Shown here: positions 19,407 to 29,490 of the stretch, piece after piece
How positions within the stretch are numbered: the first letter of the stretch is position 1
Layout of the letters: every line of letters starts with the position of its first letter
Assembly (NCBI GenBank): GCA_016930055.1
Contig: JAFGHP010000020.1
Coordinates: 1,786 to 65,785 of the forward strand
Reading direction: 5' to 3'
Source: Candidatus Bathyarchaeota archaeon
GTDB taxonomy: Archaea; Thermoproteota; Bathyarchaeia; TCS64
Length of the DNA stretch: 64,000 nucleotides
Made by a program: the position numbers and the translations under genes
Notes under the pieces: model-generated
The model's database searches: none
Told to the model about the DNA's origin: nothing
The model's input: only the letters and a program-made list of their open reading frames with translations

Positions 19407-20426
19407 TTGGAAGGTTACACATTGTCTAATGAAAACGACATCAAAAAAAAATTGTCTGATAATGCAATCAAAGTCGATAAATTTATCGATTCTATTTTAA
19501 CACCTAAAAGACCTGAAATACTTTACAATGCTTCAAAATACCTGATTTCAGCTGGAGGAAAAAGACTTCGTCCCTTTCTAACACTAAAATCATGTGAAGC
19601 AGTTGGAGGAGATCCAGATTTAGCTATACCCTTTGCTGGAGCACTAGAAATATTACATAATTTTACATTAGTTCATGACGATATTTTAGATAATGATCCT
19701 ATTAGAAGAGGAAACCCATCAGTACATATAAAATTCGGTGTTCCTCTAGCTATATGTGCAGGCGACTTATTATTCGCTAAAGTTTTTGAAGCCATGACAA
19801 TTTACTCACCAAAAAAAATAAACAACAAGCAGATACGTAAAAGCATCGAAATTGCTTCAAAAGCAACAATAGAAATATGTGAAGGTCAAGTTCTTGATGT
19901 TACATTTGCAGATACAGAAAAAGTAAGTGAAGAAGATTATATTTTTATGGTGAGTGGAAAAACAGGTGCATTATTCCGAGCGTGTGCTGAGATCGGTGGA
20001 ACCATTGGTAAAGGTAAAAAGAGCCAAATAAAGGCTTTAGGAAAATTCGCTTATAACGCAGGTATTGCTTTTCAAATTGTTGATGATATTCTAGGTTTGA
20101 CAGCAGATGAAAAAACTCTTGGAAAACCGACTGGCAGTGATATTAGAGAAGGAAAAAAGACCATTATAATAATTCATGCAATGTCAAAAATATCTAAAAA
20201 AGACTTGAGAATAATAAGAACAGCCCTTGGTAACCACAGAGCATCAAAAAGCGACATTGAAAATTCAATAGAACTCATCAAAAATTTAGGTTCAATAGAA
20301 TATGCTTCAAAAAGAGCGGATAAATACATTTCTACTGCTAAAAAACAATTAAAAAAATTACCAGACTCTGAATCAAAAAAGGATCTAAACGAATTAATTG
20401 ACTATTTTACTAAGCGTAACTATTAA
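19407..20426 (+). CDS. idsA: Geranylgeranyl diphosphate synthase (polyprenyl synthetase)
   Basis: GGKRLRP, LVHDDILD, RRG, FQIVDDIL. Confidence 0.92.
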   Translation: MEGYTLSNENDIKKKLSDNAIKVDKFIDSILTPKRPEILYNASKYLISAGGKRLRPFLTLKSCEAVGGDPDLAIPFAGALEILHNFTLVHDDILDNDPIRRGNPSVHIKFGVPLAICAGDLLFAKVFEAMTIYSPKKINNKQIRKSIEIASKATIEICEGQVLDVTFADTEKVSEEDYIFMVSGKTGALFRACAEIGGTIGKGKKSQIKALGKFAYNAGIAFQIVDDILGLTADEKTLGKPTGSDIREGKKTIIIIHAMSKISKKDLRIIRTALGNHRASKSDIENSIELIKNLGSIEYASKRADKYISTAKKQLKKLPDSESKKDLNELIDYFTKRNY

Positions 20427-20501
20427 AAATAAAGGGTAAGGTATAATAGGTCTTACCTTAGGCTATTGAAACATATGAGGTTAATCTTAAGGTGATCAAT
20501 T

Positions 20502-22214
20502 TTGGATAAAATAAAAGAATCTGCCATAAAATATGCATTATTTAACGCTATACAATATAACGGTAAAGCCAATATAGGATCTGTTATAGGCAGAATTTTT
20601 GCAGAGTTTACTGATGCAAAATTAAATGCGAAAGAGATCCAAAAAATAGTCATAGAAGTGGTCACCGAAGTAAATTCATGGTCAAACGAAAAACAAAAGG
20701 AAGAAATAAAAAAATGGCCAGAATTAGTTGAAATTAAAAAAGTTGAAGAAAAAAAGACACTTCCCCCCCTAAAAAATGTGAAAAAAGATGTTATGGTTAA
20801 AACCAGATTTGCACCAAATCCTGATGGTCCCCTTCATATGGGTAGTGCAGAGCCCATAATTTTCTGTGACGAATATGCAAAAATGTATGATGGTCATTTT
20901 ATTTTAAGATTCGAAGATACATCAGCCGATGTCAAACCACCAATAATTGAAATGTATGATAAAATAATTAACGATCTTGAATGGCTAAGAGTAAAAATAG
21001 ATGAAAAATATATTCAATCTGATAGACTTGAAATTTATTATAAATATGCAGTAGAATTAATCAAAAAAGGTGCAGCCTATATTTGTATTTGCCCAAGCGA
21101 GTTATTCAAGTCATTATATATGGCAAAAAAGCCTTGCCCCTGTAGAAATCTATCACCTAATGAGCAGTTAAAAAGATGGGAAGACATGCTAAATGGTACT
21201 TATAAAAAAGGTGATGCGGTAGTTAGAATAAAAACAAATATTGAACACCCTAACCCTGCTATAAGAGATTGGCCAGCCTTAAGAATATCAACCCGTTCAC
21301 ATCCAAGAGTTAAAAGAAAATATAGAGTATGGCCTTTATACAATTTTAGTTGCGCTATTGATGATCATTTAATGAAGGTAACCCACATAATAAGAGGAAA
21401 AGAACACGAAGTTAATGGTACACGACAAAAATGGATTTATGATTATATGAATTGGGAATATCCCGAGATCATTAATATTGGTAGATTAGGTATAGAAGCA
21501 GGGATATTAAGTAAATCTAAAATTAGAGCAGGTGTTGAAAATGGAACTTTCACTGGATGGGATGATCCCCGGTTAGGAACCTTATGTGCTTTAAGGAAAC
21601 GTGGTATACAACCAGAAACGATAAGAGATATTATGATACAAGTAGGTCCTAAACCAATAAATGCAACTCTGAGTTGGGGTAACATTGCTGCAGCAAACAA
21701 AAAAATAGTTGAACCAAAAGCTAATAGGTATTTTTTTGTAAATAATCCAGTTGAAATAAAAGTTACTGGTTTACCAAATATATTAACTGCAAAACTTGCT
21801 TTACATCCTGACCATCCTGATAGAGGTTACAGAGAATATATCATTAAATCTATTAAGGGTGAAACTAATGTTATTGTTCCTAGAAAAGACCTTGAGGAAA
21901 ATATAGGAAAACTTGCTAGATTGATGGGTTTAATGAATCTAATAATTGAACAAGAAGAGGGCAAATTCATCGCGAAATTCAACTCAAAAGAACATCAAGT
22001 TGCTAGGGAAAAAGGTGCTAATTTCCTTCATTGGGTAATTCCAGATAAAAGCGAAGAGGCTTATGTAGTTATGCCAGATGCAACGAAATCTTTTGGTAGA
22101 GTAGAAAGTTTATGTACAAAATTAAATGTTGATAACATTATTCAATTTGAGCGGTTTGGGTTTGTAAGAGTTGATTCTTTAACGCCTTTAATCTATTATT
22201 ATGCTCATAATTAA
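20502..22214 (+). CDS. gltX: Glutamate--tRNA ligase
   Basis: RFAPNPDGPLHMG, LRFEDT, LSKSK, QFERFGF. Confidence 0.95.
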   Translation: MDKIKESAIKYALFNAIQYNGKANIGSVIGRIFAEFTDAKLNAKEIQKIVIEVVTEVNSWSNEKQKEEIKKWPELVEIKKVEEKKTLPPLKNVKKDVMVKTRFAPNPDGPLHMGSAEPIIFCDEYAKMYDGHFILRFEDTSADVKPPIIEMYDKIINDLEWLRVKIDEKYIQSDRLEIYYKYAVELIKKGAAYICICPSELFKSLYMAKKPCPCRNLSPNEQLKRWEDMLNGTYKKGDAVVRIKTNIEHPNPAIRDWPALRISTRSHPRVKRKYRVWPLYNFSCAIDDHLMKVTHIIRGKEHEVNGTRQKWIYDYMNWEYPEIINIGRLGIEAGILSKSKIRAGVENGTFTGWDDPRLGTLCALRKRGIQPETIRDIMIQVGPKPINATLSWGNIAAANKKIVEPKANRYFFVNNPVEIKVTGLPNILTAKLALHPDHPDRGYREYIIKSIKGETNVIVPRKDLEENIGKLARLMGLMNLIIEQEEGKFIAKFNSKEHQVAREKGANFLHWVIPDKSEEAYVVMPDATKSFGRVESLCTKLNVDNIIQFERFGFVRVDSLTPLIYYYAHN

Positions 22215-22294
22215 TCCTAATTTTTGCATTATAGGCATAAACTTTAAAAATGAAGGTTCACGGTATTGTTTGCACAAATGGAGGAAATGACCAA

Positions 22295-22678
22295 ATGTCC
22301 GAGGATCCTTCGAAACCATTCTATGTAAAATTTACAGTACCTAAAGAAGTAGCAGAAGCAGCATATGAAGCTTTAAAAATCGCTTCTGAATCTGGAAAAA
22401 TTAGAAAAGGAACAAATGAAACAACAAAAACTGTTGAGCGAGGAAAAGCTAAACTTGTTTTAATTGCTGAGAATGTTACACCACCAGAAGTAGTTGCGCA
22501 TCTGCCATTATTATGTGAAGAAAGAAAAGCACCTTATGTCTATGTTCCTGATAAACAAAAGATTGGAGAATCTTTAGGATTAGGAGTAGGTTCAGCAGCT
22601 GCAGCCATTGAAGAAGTAGGCGACGCAGATAAATTAATTGCTGAAATAATAACAAAAATAAAGGGTATAGTGAAATAG
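22295..22678 (+). CDS. rpl7ae: 50S ribosomal protein L7Ae
   Basis: RKGTNETTK, HLPLLCEE; start MSEDPSK at 22295 after GGAGG. Confidence 0.96.
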   Translation: MSEDPSKPFYVKFTVPKEVAEAAYEALKIASESGKIRKGTNETTKTVERGKAKLVLIAENVTPPEVVAHLPLLCEERKAPYVYVPDKQKIGESLGLGVGSAAAAIEEVGDADKLIAEIITKIKGIVK

Positions 22679-22688
22679 GTGACTTCCC

Positions 22689-22901
22689 ATGTCTGAGGAA
22701 GCAGATATACTTACGCCTGCAACCGTTATACAAATATTAGGGAGAACGGGTTTGACAGGTGAAGTTATGCAGGTACGTGTTAGAATAGAAGAAGGTAGAG
22801 ATAAAGGTAGAATAATAACAAGAAATGTTAAAGGCCCAGTAAGAATAGATGATTTATTATTACTAAGAGAAACAGAGCGTGAAGCCAGGAAAATAAGGTA
22901 G
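22689..22901 (+). CDS. rps28e: 30S ribosomal protein S28e
   Basis: [25 protein letters not shown]. Confidence 0.96.
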   Translation: MSEEADILTPATVIQILGRTGLTGEVMQVRVRIEEGRDKGRIITRNVKGPVRIDDLLLLRETEREARKIR

Positions 22902-23096
22902 GTGTATGAATTGCCAACAATATACAAATGTTCGTTCTGCGGAGAAGATATTGCTCCAGGAACAGGCATAAACTTTGTACGTCGAGACGGCCGTATACTA
23001 CGCTTTTGTTCCTCAAAATGTAGAAAAAGCACTTTAAAACTTAAAAAAGATCCACGTAAATTTAAGTGGACCAAAAGCTGGGGTCTACAAAGATAA
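22902..23096 (+). CDS. rpl24e: 50S ribosomal protein L24e
   Basis: CSFCG..I.PGTG, FCSSKC, PRKFKWT. Confidence 0.95.
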   Translation: MYELPTIYKCSFCGEDIAPGTGINFVRRDGRILRFCSSKCRKSTLKLKKDPRKFKWTKSWGLQR

Positions 23097-23188
23097 ATTC
23101 ATTTTTCTCTTTTTTTTAAATTCTAAGTAATAACATTTTTAGTAAATAGAATAATTTTTAATTTAGATCATTATTTTTTCCAGATGAT

Positions 23189-23692
23189 ATGATTCAGGAG
23201 ACTTTAGTTATTCTAAAACCAGATGCCTTGGAAAGGAATCTTGTTGGTACAATAATAAAAAGATACGAAGATTCTGGATTAAAAATACGTGACATTAAAT
23301 ATTATAAGAAGGTTGATGACGAATTATTAAATCAGCATTATCCAGATTCGATGGCATTATCTATTGGTAAAAAAGCTCAAGCAGTTTCAGCAGAAATCAC
23401 AGACCCATATACACATGGATTAAAAGTACTTGAAAGGCTTAGAAAATACTTTTCAAGAAATCCTGTTATAGCAATAATATTTTCAGGTGAAGAAGCTATT
23501 CCTCAAGTAAGAAAGATTACAGGTTATACTGATCCAATTTCTGCAGATAAAGGAACAATACGCGGAGATTTTGGTGTAGATAGTATACAGAAAAGTACCG
23601 TAGAGCAGAGAGCCTGCGAAAATCTTATTCACGCTTCGGGTAATGTTGATGAAGCAAAAAAAGAAATGGCTCTTTGGTTTCCTGAGCTTTAG
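23189..23692 (+). CDS. ndk: Nucleoside diphosphate kinase
   Basis: TLVILKPD, GTIRGDFG, NLIHAS. Confidence 0.92.
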   Translation: MIQETLVILKPDALERNLVGTIIKRYEDSGLKIRDIKYYKKVDDELLNQHYPDSMALSIGKKAQAVSAEITDPYTHGLKVLERLRKYFSRNPVIAIIFSGEEAIPQVRKITGYTDPISADKGTIRGDFGVDSIQKSTVEQRACENLIHASGNVDEAKKEMALWFPEL

Positions 23693-24759
23693 CGTTCTTT
23701 TTTACCTGAAATAAAATCTTCAACCCACTGCTTAGCTTGATCGTCGGTTGTTTGTATTGGTGGATGCTTGAAACTATAACTGCTTATACTTAATAATGGT
23801 CCTGAGATTTCCCTATCAAGAGCGATCTTAACTGCTCTAATAACATCAATAACCACACCCCCACTGTTAGGACTGTCATTAACCACTAGTTTTCCATCAA
23901 ATACTAAATCAAGATCACCGAAAGCTTTACCATTTATTCTAATATAACATATCTTGTGATCTTTAAGGAAAGGTACATAATCACTTGGACCAATCCTTGT
24001 TGGCATATCGTAGGGGATTAGACTTTTTACAGCATCTGTTTTACTGATTCTTTTTGTTTTTAACCGATTTTCAACAGTCATATTTAGAAAATCGGTGTTA
24101 CCACCAATGTTAAGTTGATAAGTTGAATCTATTTTTACACCTCTATCATAGAATAGTTTAGCTAAAACTCTATGAATGATTGTAGCACCGACTTGACTTT
24201 TAATATCATCTCCTGCCACAGGTAATCCTTTTTCTTCAAATTTTTTTGCCCATGAAGGTACAGATGTAATAAATTCTGGGATGCAATTAATAAATGCACA
24301 ACCCGCGTCTAAACAGGCTTGAGCATAAAGTTCAGTGCCTTTTGCACTTCCTACAGGTAAATAATTTATCAACATATCTGCATTAGAATCATGGAGAATC
24401 TGTGTAACATCAACTGGTTTAATATTTGAATCAGCGTGGAATGCTTCATACATATGGGCAGCAACTCCATCACTTATTGGTCCGGGTTTAACTATACAAC
24501 CAGTTTCAGGAACTTCACTAAATTTTGCACAACAATTAGGTTCAACCCAAATAGCTTCTGAAAGATCTTTCCCTATTTTATATTTATTAACATCAAAAGC
24601 AGCAACAAATTTTATGTCTCTTATATGATATTTCCCAAAATATGCATGCATCACACCTGGAATATCTTCATCTTTTTCCACATTTTTATAGAATTCGACT
24701 CCTTGAATTAAGGCGGATGCACAATTACCAATTCCTGCTACTGCTACTTTTATTACCAT
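23689..24759 (-). CDS. ino1: Inositol-3-phosphate synthase
   Basis: GIGNCASALIQG, NYLPVGS, GDDIKSQVGAT, GGNTDFLNM, DSPNSGG. Confidence 0.95.
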   Translation of the reverse strand: MVIKVAVAGIGNCASALIQGVEFYKNVEKDEDIPGVMHAYFGKYHIRDIKFVAAFDVNKYKIGKDLSEAIWVEPNCCAKFSEVPETGCIVKPGPISDGVAAHMYEAFHADSNIKPVDVTQILHDSNADMLINYLPVGSAKGTELYAQACLDAGCAFINCIPEFITSVPSWAKKFEEKGLPVAGDDIKSQVGATIIHRVLAKLFYDRGVKIDSTYQLNIGGNTDFLNMTVENRLKTKRISKTDAVKSLIPYDMPTRIGPSDYVPFLKDHKICYIRINGKAFGDLDLVFDGKLVVNDSPNSGGVVIDVIRAVKIALDREISGPLLSISSYSFKHPPIQTTDDQAKQWVEDFISGKKER

Positions 24760-24836
24760 TTAGACTCTCCTGTTGATTTTTGGGATATCATATTCCCATA
24801 TACTTATCCGTTTAAGCATTTCCACTTTGGATTATA

Positions 24837-26882
24837 TTAAGTGGCTCTCTTATAGTATCCTGGTCTAGGTGAATATATTGTACCATCTCTCATCAAGGTA
24901 CTTATCAGTTTACTTGCCTCAGTTCTACTTATTCCATGATCTTCGGCGAGAACCTCGTATAAGTCATCATCTTTAACAGGACCAGTCTTCTCCATAGAAG
25001 CTAATGTGCTTAAAAGTTTCTGTAATTGTAATTGTAGACTTCTGGGTTTGCCAGTATAGAGAATATCGATGTCAACCTGTCCAGTTGAAACATCTATACC
25101 TACTTGCTCGAGGCTACTCTGCATTAAAGTTATTACAGCTTCAGCGTCTTCAACTGTTACTGTTTCTCTTAAATGTGCTCTTGCACGTGCTTCTGCAAGT
25201 CTAACTAAGCTTTCAAGTTGACGAGCAGTAATAGCAACTGCTGAAGCTTCACCACCCTCCATCGAAGCGGTTCTCATTTTTACATAGAAATCTCTGAAAC
25301 GAATAATTACTTCATCAGTTATTGTGGGTTTAACTCTTTTAGCATAACTAATATACTTCCTAAGAAGCGGTGGATCAATCGAAGAAGTTACTGAAGAACC
25401 AGATTCCTTATGTAATCCTAAAATATGTTCAGCCATCACAGCATCTTTTTCTGCGTCAGGGATATCCTTCAATACGAAGATTGCGTCAAATCTACTTAAT
25501 ATGGTGACAGGCAAGTTAATGTTTTGAGCAATTGTTTGGTAAGGATTATATCTCCCAAGAGTCGGATTTGCTGCAGCTAAAATGCTTGTTCTAGCATTTA
25601 ATGTAGCAACTATTCCTCCTTTGGCAATGGGAACAATTTGCTGCTCCATAGCGGGGTGTATTGCTCCACGATCCTCTTCTTTCATTTTATCAATTTCATC
25701 AATACAACATATTCCTTTATCAGCTAACACTAAAGCCCCGGCTTCAAGAATGAAATTACCTGTACCACCTTCCTTAACTACTGCAGCAGTTAAACCAGCA
25801 GCTGTCGAACCTCTGCCTGTAGTAATTAACCCCCTCGGAGCTATCTTAGCAGCAAATTGGAGTAATTGGCTTTTACCTGTTCCAGGGTCACCAACTAAAA
25901 GAACATTAATATCTCCACGTATTTTCAAGTCTGGGAGCTCTTTGTTTACTCCACCTAATAAAAGGTAAAGAATTGATTCTTTTATGTTATCATATCCATA
26001 AATACTTGGGGCAATTGATTGTAAGAGTCTTCTATGAACCCATGGATCTGTGGCAATCTCTTTGATAGCAACCTCGTCTTCAGGAGATATCTCCAGTAAC
26101 TCCATTTCACGACCACTTACTTCAATATTATTTGACTCCATTACCATATCAAAGATACGTAAAGGTCCTCCTCTACCATATCTTTGAATTAAATTAACCC
26201 ATCCGACAACAGTTATCCTGTCACCTGGCCTAGCATTATCGACAAGATCATCTTTCAAGTCAATATGCAAGGATCTAGGAAGCTGTCCAGGGGGCAGATC
26301 TTCAGGTCTTTCTTGAATTGTAACCCTTTGAGAATCTATAAACACTGATTCTCTGGGAACTATTATGAAACCTCGTTTATTATCACATCCATCACATTTT
26401 AATGGAGTTTTTAAAGTTTCACCATCTTGTATGACATAATTTAACTCGCCACATAAAGGACACCGATAAACAGCTTTAATTATTAAGGGAGTAACAGCTG
26501 ATGCCCTTACGATTATTCCATGAAGAAGTACAAGTTTACCAATGTGATCGGAGCCAATTTTTCTTAATGGCGTCTCTGAAGGAAGCCCTCTTATTCTTAT
26601 ATGTATTTCTTTATGAGTTTCAGCATATATTGGGTCCTTTACTTTTAATTTAGAAGAAACAACATTACTAAAATCATCAAATAATTTTTCTGGTTCAGAA
26701 AGAATACTTGTAGCTAACTCCATATCAAAAGAATAAATATCATTAAATTCTACTATCAAAGATTTAGTTCCTTTAACAGCAAGCTCAGAAATTGCTTGAT
26801 CATATACTAAAGTACCATTAATGTCTCTAAAATCCTCAATAAATCTAGTAAAAACCTCTTCATATGAAGTTAATTTTGCCAC
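24837..26882 (-). CDS. mcm: Replicative helicase MCM
   Basis: Zn finger CPLC/CDGC, GDPGTGKSQ, IDEIDKM, SRFD, TARQLES; no intein. Confidence 0.97.
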   Translation of the reverse strand: MAKLTSYEEVFTRFIEDFRDINGTLVYDQAISELAVKGTKSLIVEFNDIYSFDMELATSILSEPEKLFDDFSNVVSSKLKVKDPIYAETHKEIHIRIRGLPSETPLRKIGSDHIGKLVLLHGIIVRASAVTPLIIKAVYRCPLCGELNYVIQDGETLKTPLKCDGCDNKRGFIIVPRESVFIDSQRVTIQERPEDLPPGQLPRSLHIDLKDDLVDNARPGDRITVVGWVNLIQRYGRGGPLRIFDMVMESNNIEVSGREMELLEISPEDEVAIKEIATDPWVHRRLLQSIAPSIYGYDNIKESILYLLLGGVNKELPDLKIRGDINVLLVGDPGTGKSQLLQFAAKIAPRGLITTGRGSTAAGLTAAVVKEGGTGNFILEAGALVLADKGICCIDEIDKMKEEDRGAIHPAMEQQIVPIAKGGIVATLNARTSILAAANPTLGRYNPYQTIAQNINLPVTILSRFDAIFVLKDIPDAEKDAVMAEHILGLHKESGSSVTSSIDPPLLRKYISYAKRVKPTITDEVIIRFRDFYVKMRTASMEGGEASAVAITARQLESLVRLAEARARAHLRETVTVEDAEAVITLMQSSLEQVGIDVSTGQVDIDILYTGKPRSLQLQLQKLLSTLASMEKTGPVKDDDLYEVLAEDHGISRTEASKLISTLMRDGTIYSPRPGYYKRAT

Positions 26883-27437
26883 TTATTCTGCCCCCAATTT
26901 ACGCATATCTTCACGCCATCTCTTGATAAATGATTCTAATACTTCAAAGAGCCGAACTTCTTCTGTTTCTAAATTTTTTGGAGTCGATGAAGCTTCAGCT
27001 GCTGCTACTCTAACCAATTTTCCTATTCTACTTTCAAGAACATCCCTATAGCGTGCTTGAATTCGATTTAATTGTTCTTGCTTAGCTCTATTATCCTCAA
27101 CATTTTCTGAAGCAAGATTTAAACTAACGTATGCTCTAGAGTAGAAACCATTTGGTAAAACCGATAAAGGACCTGTAGGATTAAAACGTTCTTTAAAATG
27201 CACTTGGGTCCATTCATCATTATTAATACCTTCATCAATTAACCTAACTAATCCAGACTCTACAAAAATTTTTGCTATCCAATAAGGTAAAGTAAACTCT
27301 TTCCGCTCGTCAACATCTACTAAATTTAAACCAGGTGTATCAACCTTGGAAATTTTCCTCAAAGCAACTACTTTAACAGGAGTATTTTCGTATTCAATTA
27401 AATTTTTATTTAAAGCCAAGATGAATACACCTGACAA
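26883..27437 (-). CDS. GINS23 (Psf2/Psf3-like) replication factor
   Basis: N-terminal B domain with LPYWIA, helical A domain; abuts mcm. Confidence 0.8.
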   Translation of the reverse strand: MSGVFILALNKNLIEYENTPVKVVALRKISKVDTPGLNLVDVDERKEFTLPYWIAKIFVESGLVRLIDEGINNDEWTQVHFKERFNPTGPLSVLPNGFYSRAYVSLNLASENVEDNRAKQEQLNRIQARYRDVLESRIGKLVRVAAAEASSTPKNLETEEVRLFEVLESFIKRWREDMRKLGAE

Positions 27438-27537
27438 AATACATATTTACAACGCTTTAAACACTATTCTAATAACAAATGAAAATAACTTAAGAATAAG
27501 AGGCATTTTTTAATCAGTATTATTTACTATTTAAGTA

Positions 27538-28194
27538 ATGCAAAAATCTGTTCCAGGTCTTAATAAGTTAGTTAAACTTGTAAAAGAAATCAAATCTGAT
27601 CCAGTTATTCATAAAAAGGTTGAAGCAAAGATCTTGGAATTTAAAACTATTCAAAACGAAGATTCTGAGAAATGGTTTGAAGAACTGGTTTTTTGTCTTT
27701 TAACCGCAAATTACAGTGCTAAAGGTGCCCTAAGTTGTCTAGCAGCTTTAGAAAACAACAATATATTACAGGAAGGTAATGTTGAAGAGGTTAAAATTTG
27801 TTTGACTCATAAACACCGTTATCCAACTAAAAGAGCAGAATACATAATTAAAGCTCGAGAACAGAAACCATACCTCAAAAAAATCATCACAAGTCAAATA
27901 TCAATACATGCTGCGCGAGAATGGTTAGTAGAAAATATTCTTGGAATTGGTATGAAAGAAGCAAGCCATTTTTTAAGGAATGTGGGTTACCTTGATTTAG
28001 CAATAATTGATAAGCATATAATATCTCATATGATAGAACAAGGCATTATAAATGAACGCCCCAAAACCATTACTAAAAAAAAGTATCTAGAGTATGAAGC
28101 TTTATTAAATCAAGCAGCATTGATTTTGGAAATGCCTTTAGGTAAAATGGATCTCTACTTATGGGCAAATAAAAGTGGAGAAGTAATAAAATAA
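27538..28194 (+). CDS. ogg: 8-oxoguanine DNA glycosylase/AP lyase
   Basis: ELVFCLLTAN, GIGMKEASHFLRNVG, AIIDKH, DLYLW. Confidence 0.93.
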   Translation: MQKSVPGLNKLVKLVKEIKSDPVIHKKVEAKILEFKTIQNEDSEKWFEELVFCLLTANYSAKGALSCLAALENNNILQEGNVEEVKICLTHKHRYPTKRAEYIIKAREQKPYLKKIITSQISIHAAREWLVENILGIGMKEASHFLRNVGYLDLAIIDKHIISHMIEQGIINERPKTITKKKYLEYEALLNQAALILEMPLGKMDLYLWANKSGEVIK

Positions 28195-28225
28195 TCATAT
28201 AACTTCGTTTAATAATCTATTCTAT

Positions 28226-29302
28226 ATGAGTGTCGATGAAAAACTAAAAAAAATTTTTGCTATTAAGCGTGAAAATAAAAAAATAAAATTAATTGATCAA
28301 AGACTACTTCCACATAAAGTTAAGATAATTACACTACATAACTATAATGAAACTATTGAAGCAATAAGAGATATGGCAGTTAGAGGTGCTGGTTCAATTG
28401 GGGTTGCAGCTGGTTATGGATTAGCTCAAGCAGCTTTAGAAGCAAAACATTTGAATCTTGAAAAGTTTAACAAATTTATTAAGGCAGCATCTGATAAACT
28501 TCTTTCTTCCCGTCCGACTGCAATTAATTTAAGGCATTCTATTGATAGGTGTTTAAAGGTAGCTGAAAACGGTACTGTAACTGAAAGAATTCAAAATATA
28601 TGTAATGAATCAGATAAAATTGCGTTTGATGACATTAAAGCATCCAGACTAATTGGTGTTTATGGAGAACAACTACTCAAAGAAAATTCAAACATTCTAA
28701 CACATTGTAATGCGGGAGCTTTAGCGTATATTGATCAAGGAACAGCTCTAAGTCCAATTATTGAAGCAAAAAGAAGACATAAACCAATTTTTGTTTATGT
28801 TGATGAAACTAGACCAAGAAACCAAGGAGCAAAAATCACTGCGTGGGAGCTTTCAAAATTAGAGATTCCATATGCCCTAATTGTAGATAACGCTGCAGGC
28901 TATTTTATGATAAATAAAAAAATTGATGTTGTTATTGTCGGTGCAGACCGAATAGCAGTAAATGGAGATACTGCAAATAAAATTGGTACCTACGAAAAAG
29001 CTGTTTTAGCGAAAGAAAATAACATCCCATTTTATGTTGCAGCACCTAGTATGAGTTTTGATCTAAAATGCGAATCAGGAGAGAGAATCGAGATAGAACA
29101 TAGAAGCTCTGAAGAAATAACTCATATCTCTGGAGTAAATGATTCCAATGAATATACAAAATTAAGAATTACTGCAAAAAATACTAAGGCATATAATCCA
29201 AGCTTCGACATTACACCAGCAAAATATATATCAGGATTCATAACTGAAAAAGGGCTTCTAAAAAAGCCTTTTAAAAAATCTATAAAAAATGCTTTCAAAT
29301 AA
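28226..29302 (+). CDS. mtnA: Methylthioribose-1-phosphate isomerase (eIF-2B family)
   Basis: IDQRLLP, VRGAG, RPTAINL, THCNAG, DETRP, NKIGTY. Confidence 0.9.
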   Translation: MSVDEKLKKIFAIKRENKKIKLIDQRLLPHKVKIITLHNYNETIEAIRDMAVRGAGSIGVAAGYGLAQAALEAKHLNLEKFNKFIKAASDKLLSSRPTAINLRHSIDRCLKVAENGTVTERIQNICNESDKIAFDDIKASRLIGVYGEQLLKENSNILTHCNAGALAYIDQGTALSPIIEAKRRHKPIFVYVDETRPRNQGAKITAWELSKLEIPYALIVDNAAGYFMINKKIDVVIVGADRIAVNGDTANKIGTYEKAVLAKENNIPFYVAAPSMSFDLKCESGERIEIEHRSSEEITHISGVNDSNEYTKLRITAKNTKAYNPSFDITPAKYISGFITEKGLLKKPFKKSIKNAFK

Positions 29303-29367
29303 ACCATTGGACAGGGCCTCCTGACCATATTACTTAAATTTCTGTCGAACTTAAGTTTCGTAGCTAT

Positions 29368-29485
29368 CCCGCCTTAGCTCAATGGTAGAGCAATCGGCTG
29401 TAGTCTCCGCCCTGCGGGGCGAAGGCAATCAGACCTTTGAGCAGACACCGATGGGTTCCCGGTTCAAATCCTGGAGGCGGGACCA
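29368..29485 (+). tRNA. tRNA-Tyr(GUA) with 43-nt intron at 37/38 (29404-29446), encoded CCA
   Basis: CCCGCCT/AGGCGGG acceptor, ATCGG/CCGAT anticodon stem, BHB helix CUGU/GCAG. Confidence 0.92.
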
Positions 29486-29490
29486 TTCAC

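Noticed and set aside
22250-22297. K-turn autoregulatory leader of rpl7ae, and the ORF-track N-terminal extension
   Set aside because: Only a weak GGUUCA/UGACC pairing and no clear tandem G.A pairs; the start is better placed at 22295
29308-29328. Small hairpin TGG-A-CAGG-gcct-CCTG-A-CCA between mtnA and tRNA-Tyr
   Set aside because: Too short to assign; at most a terminator or processing hairpin
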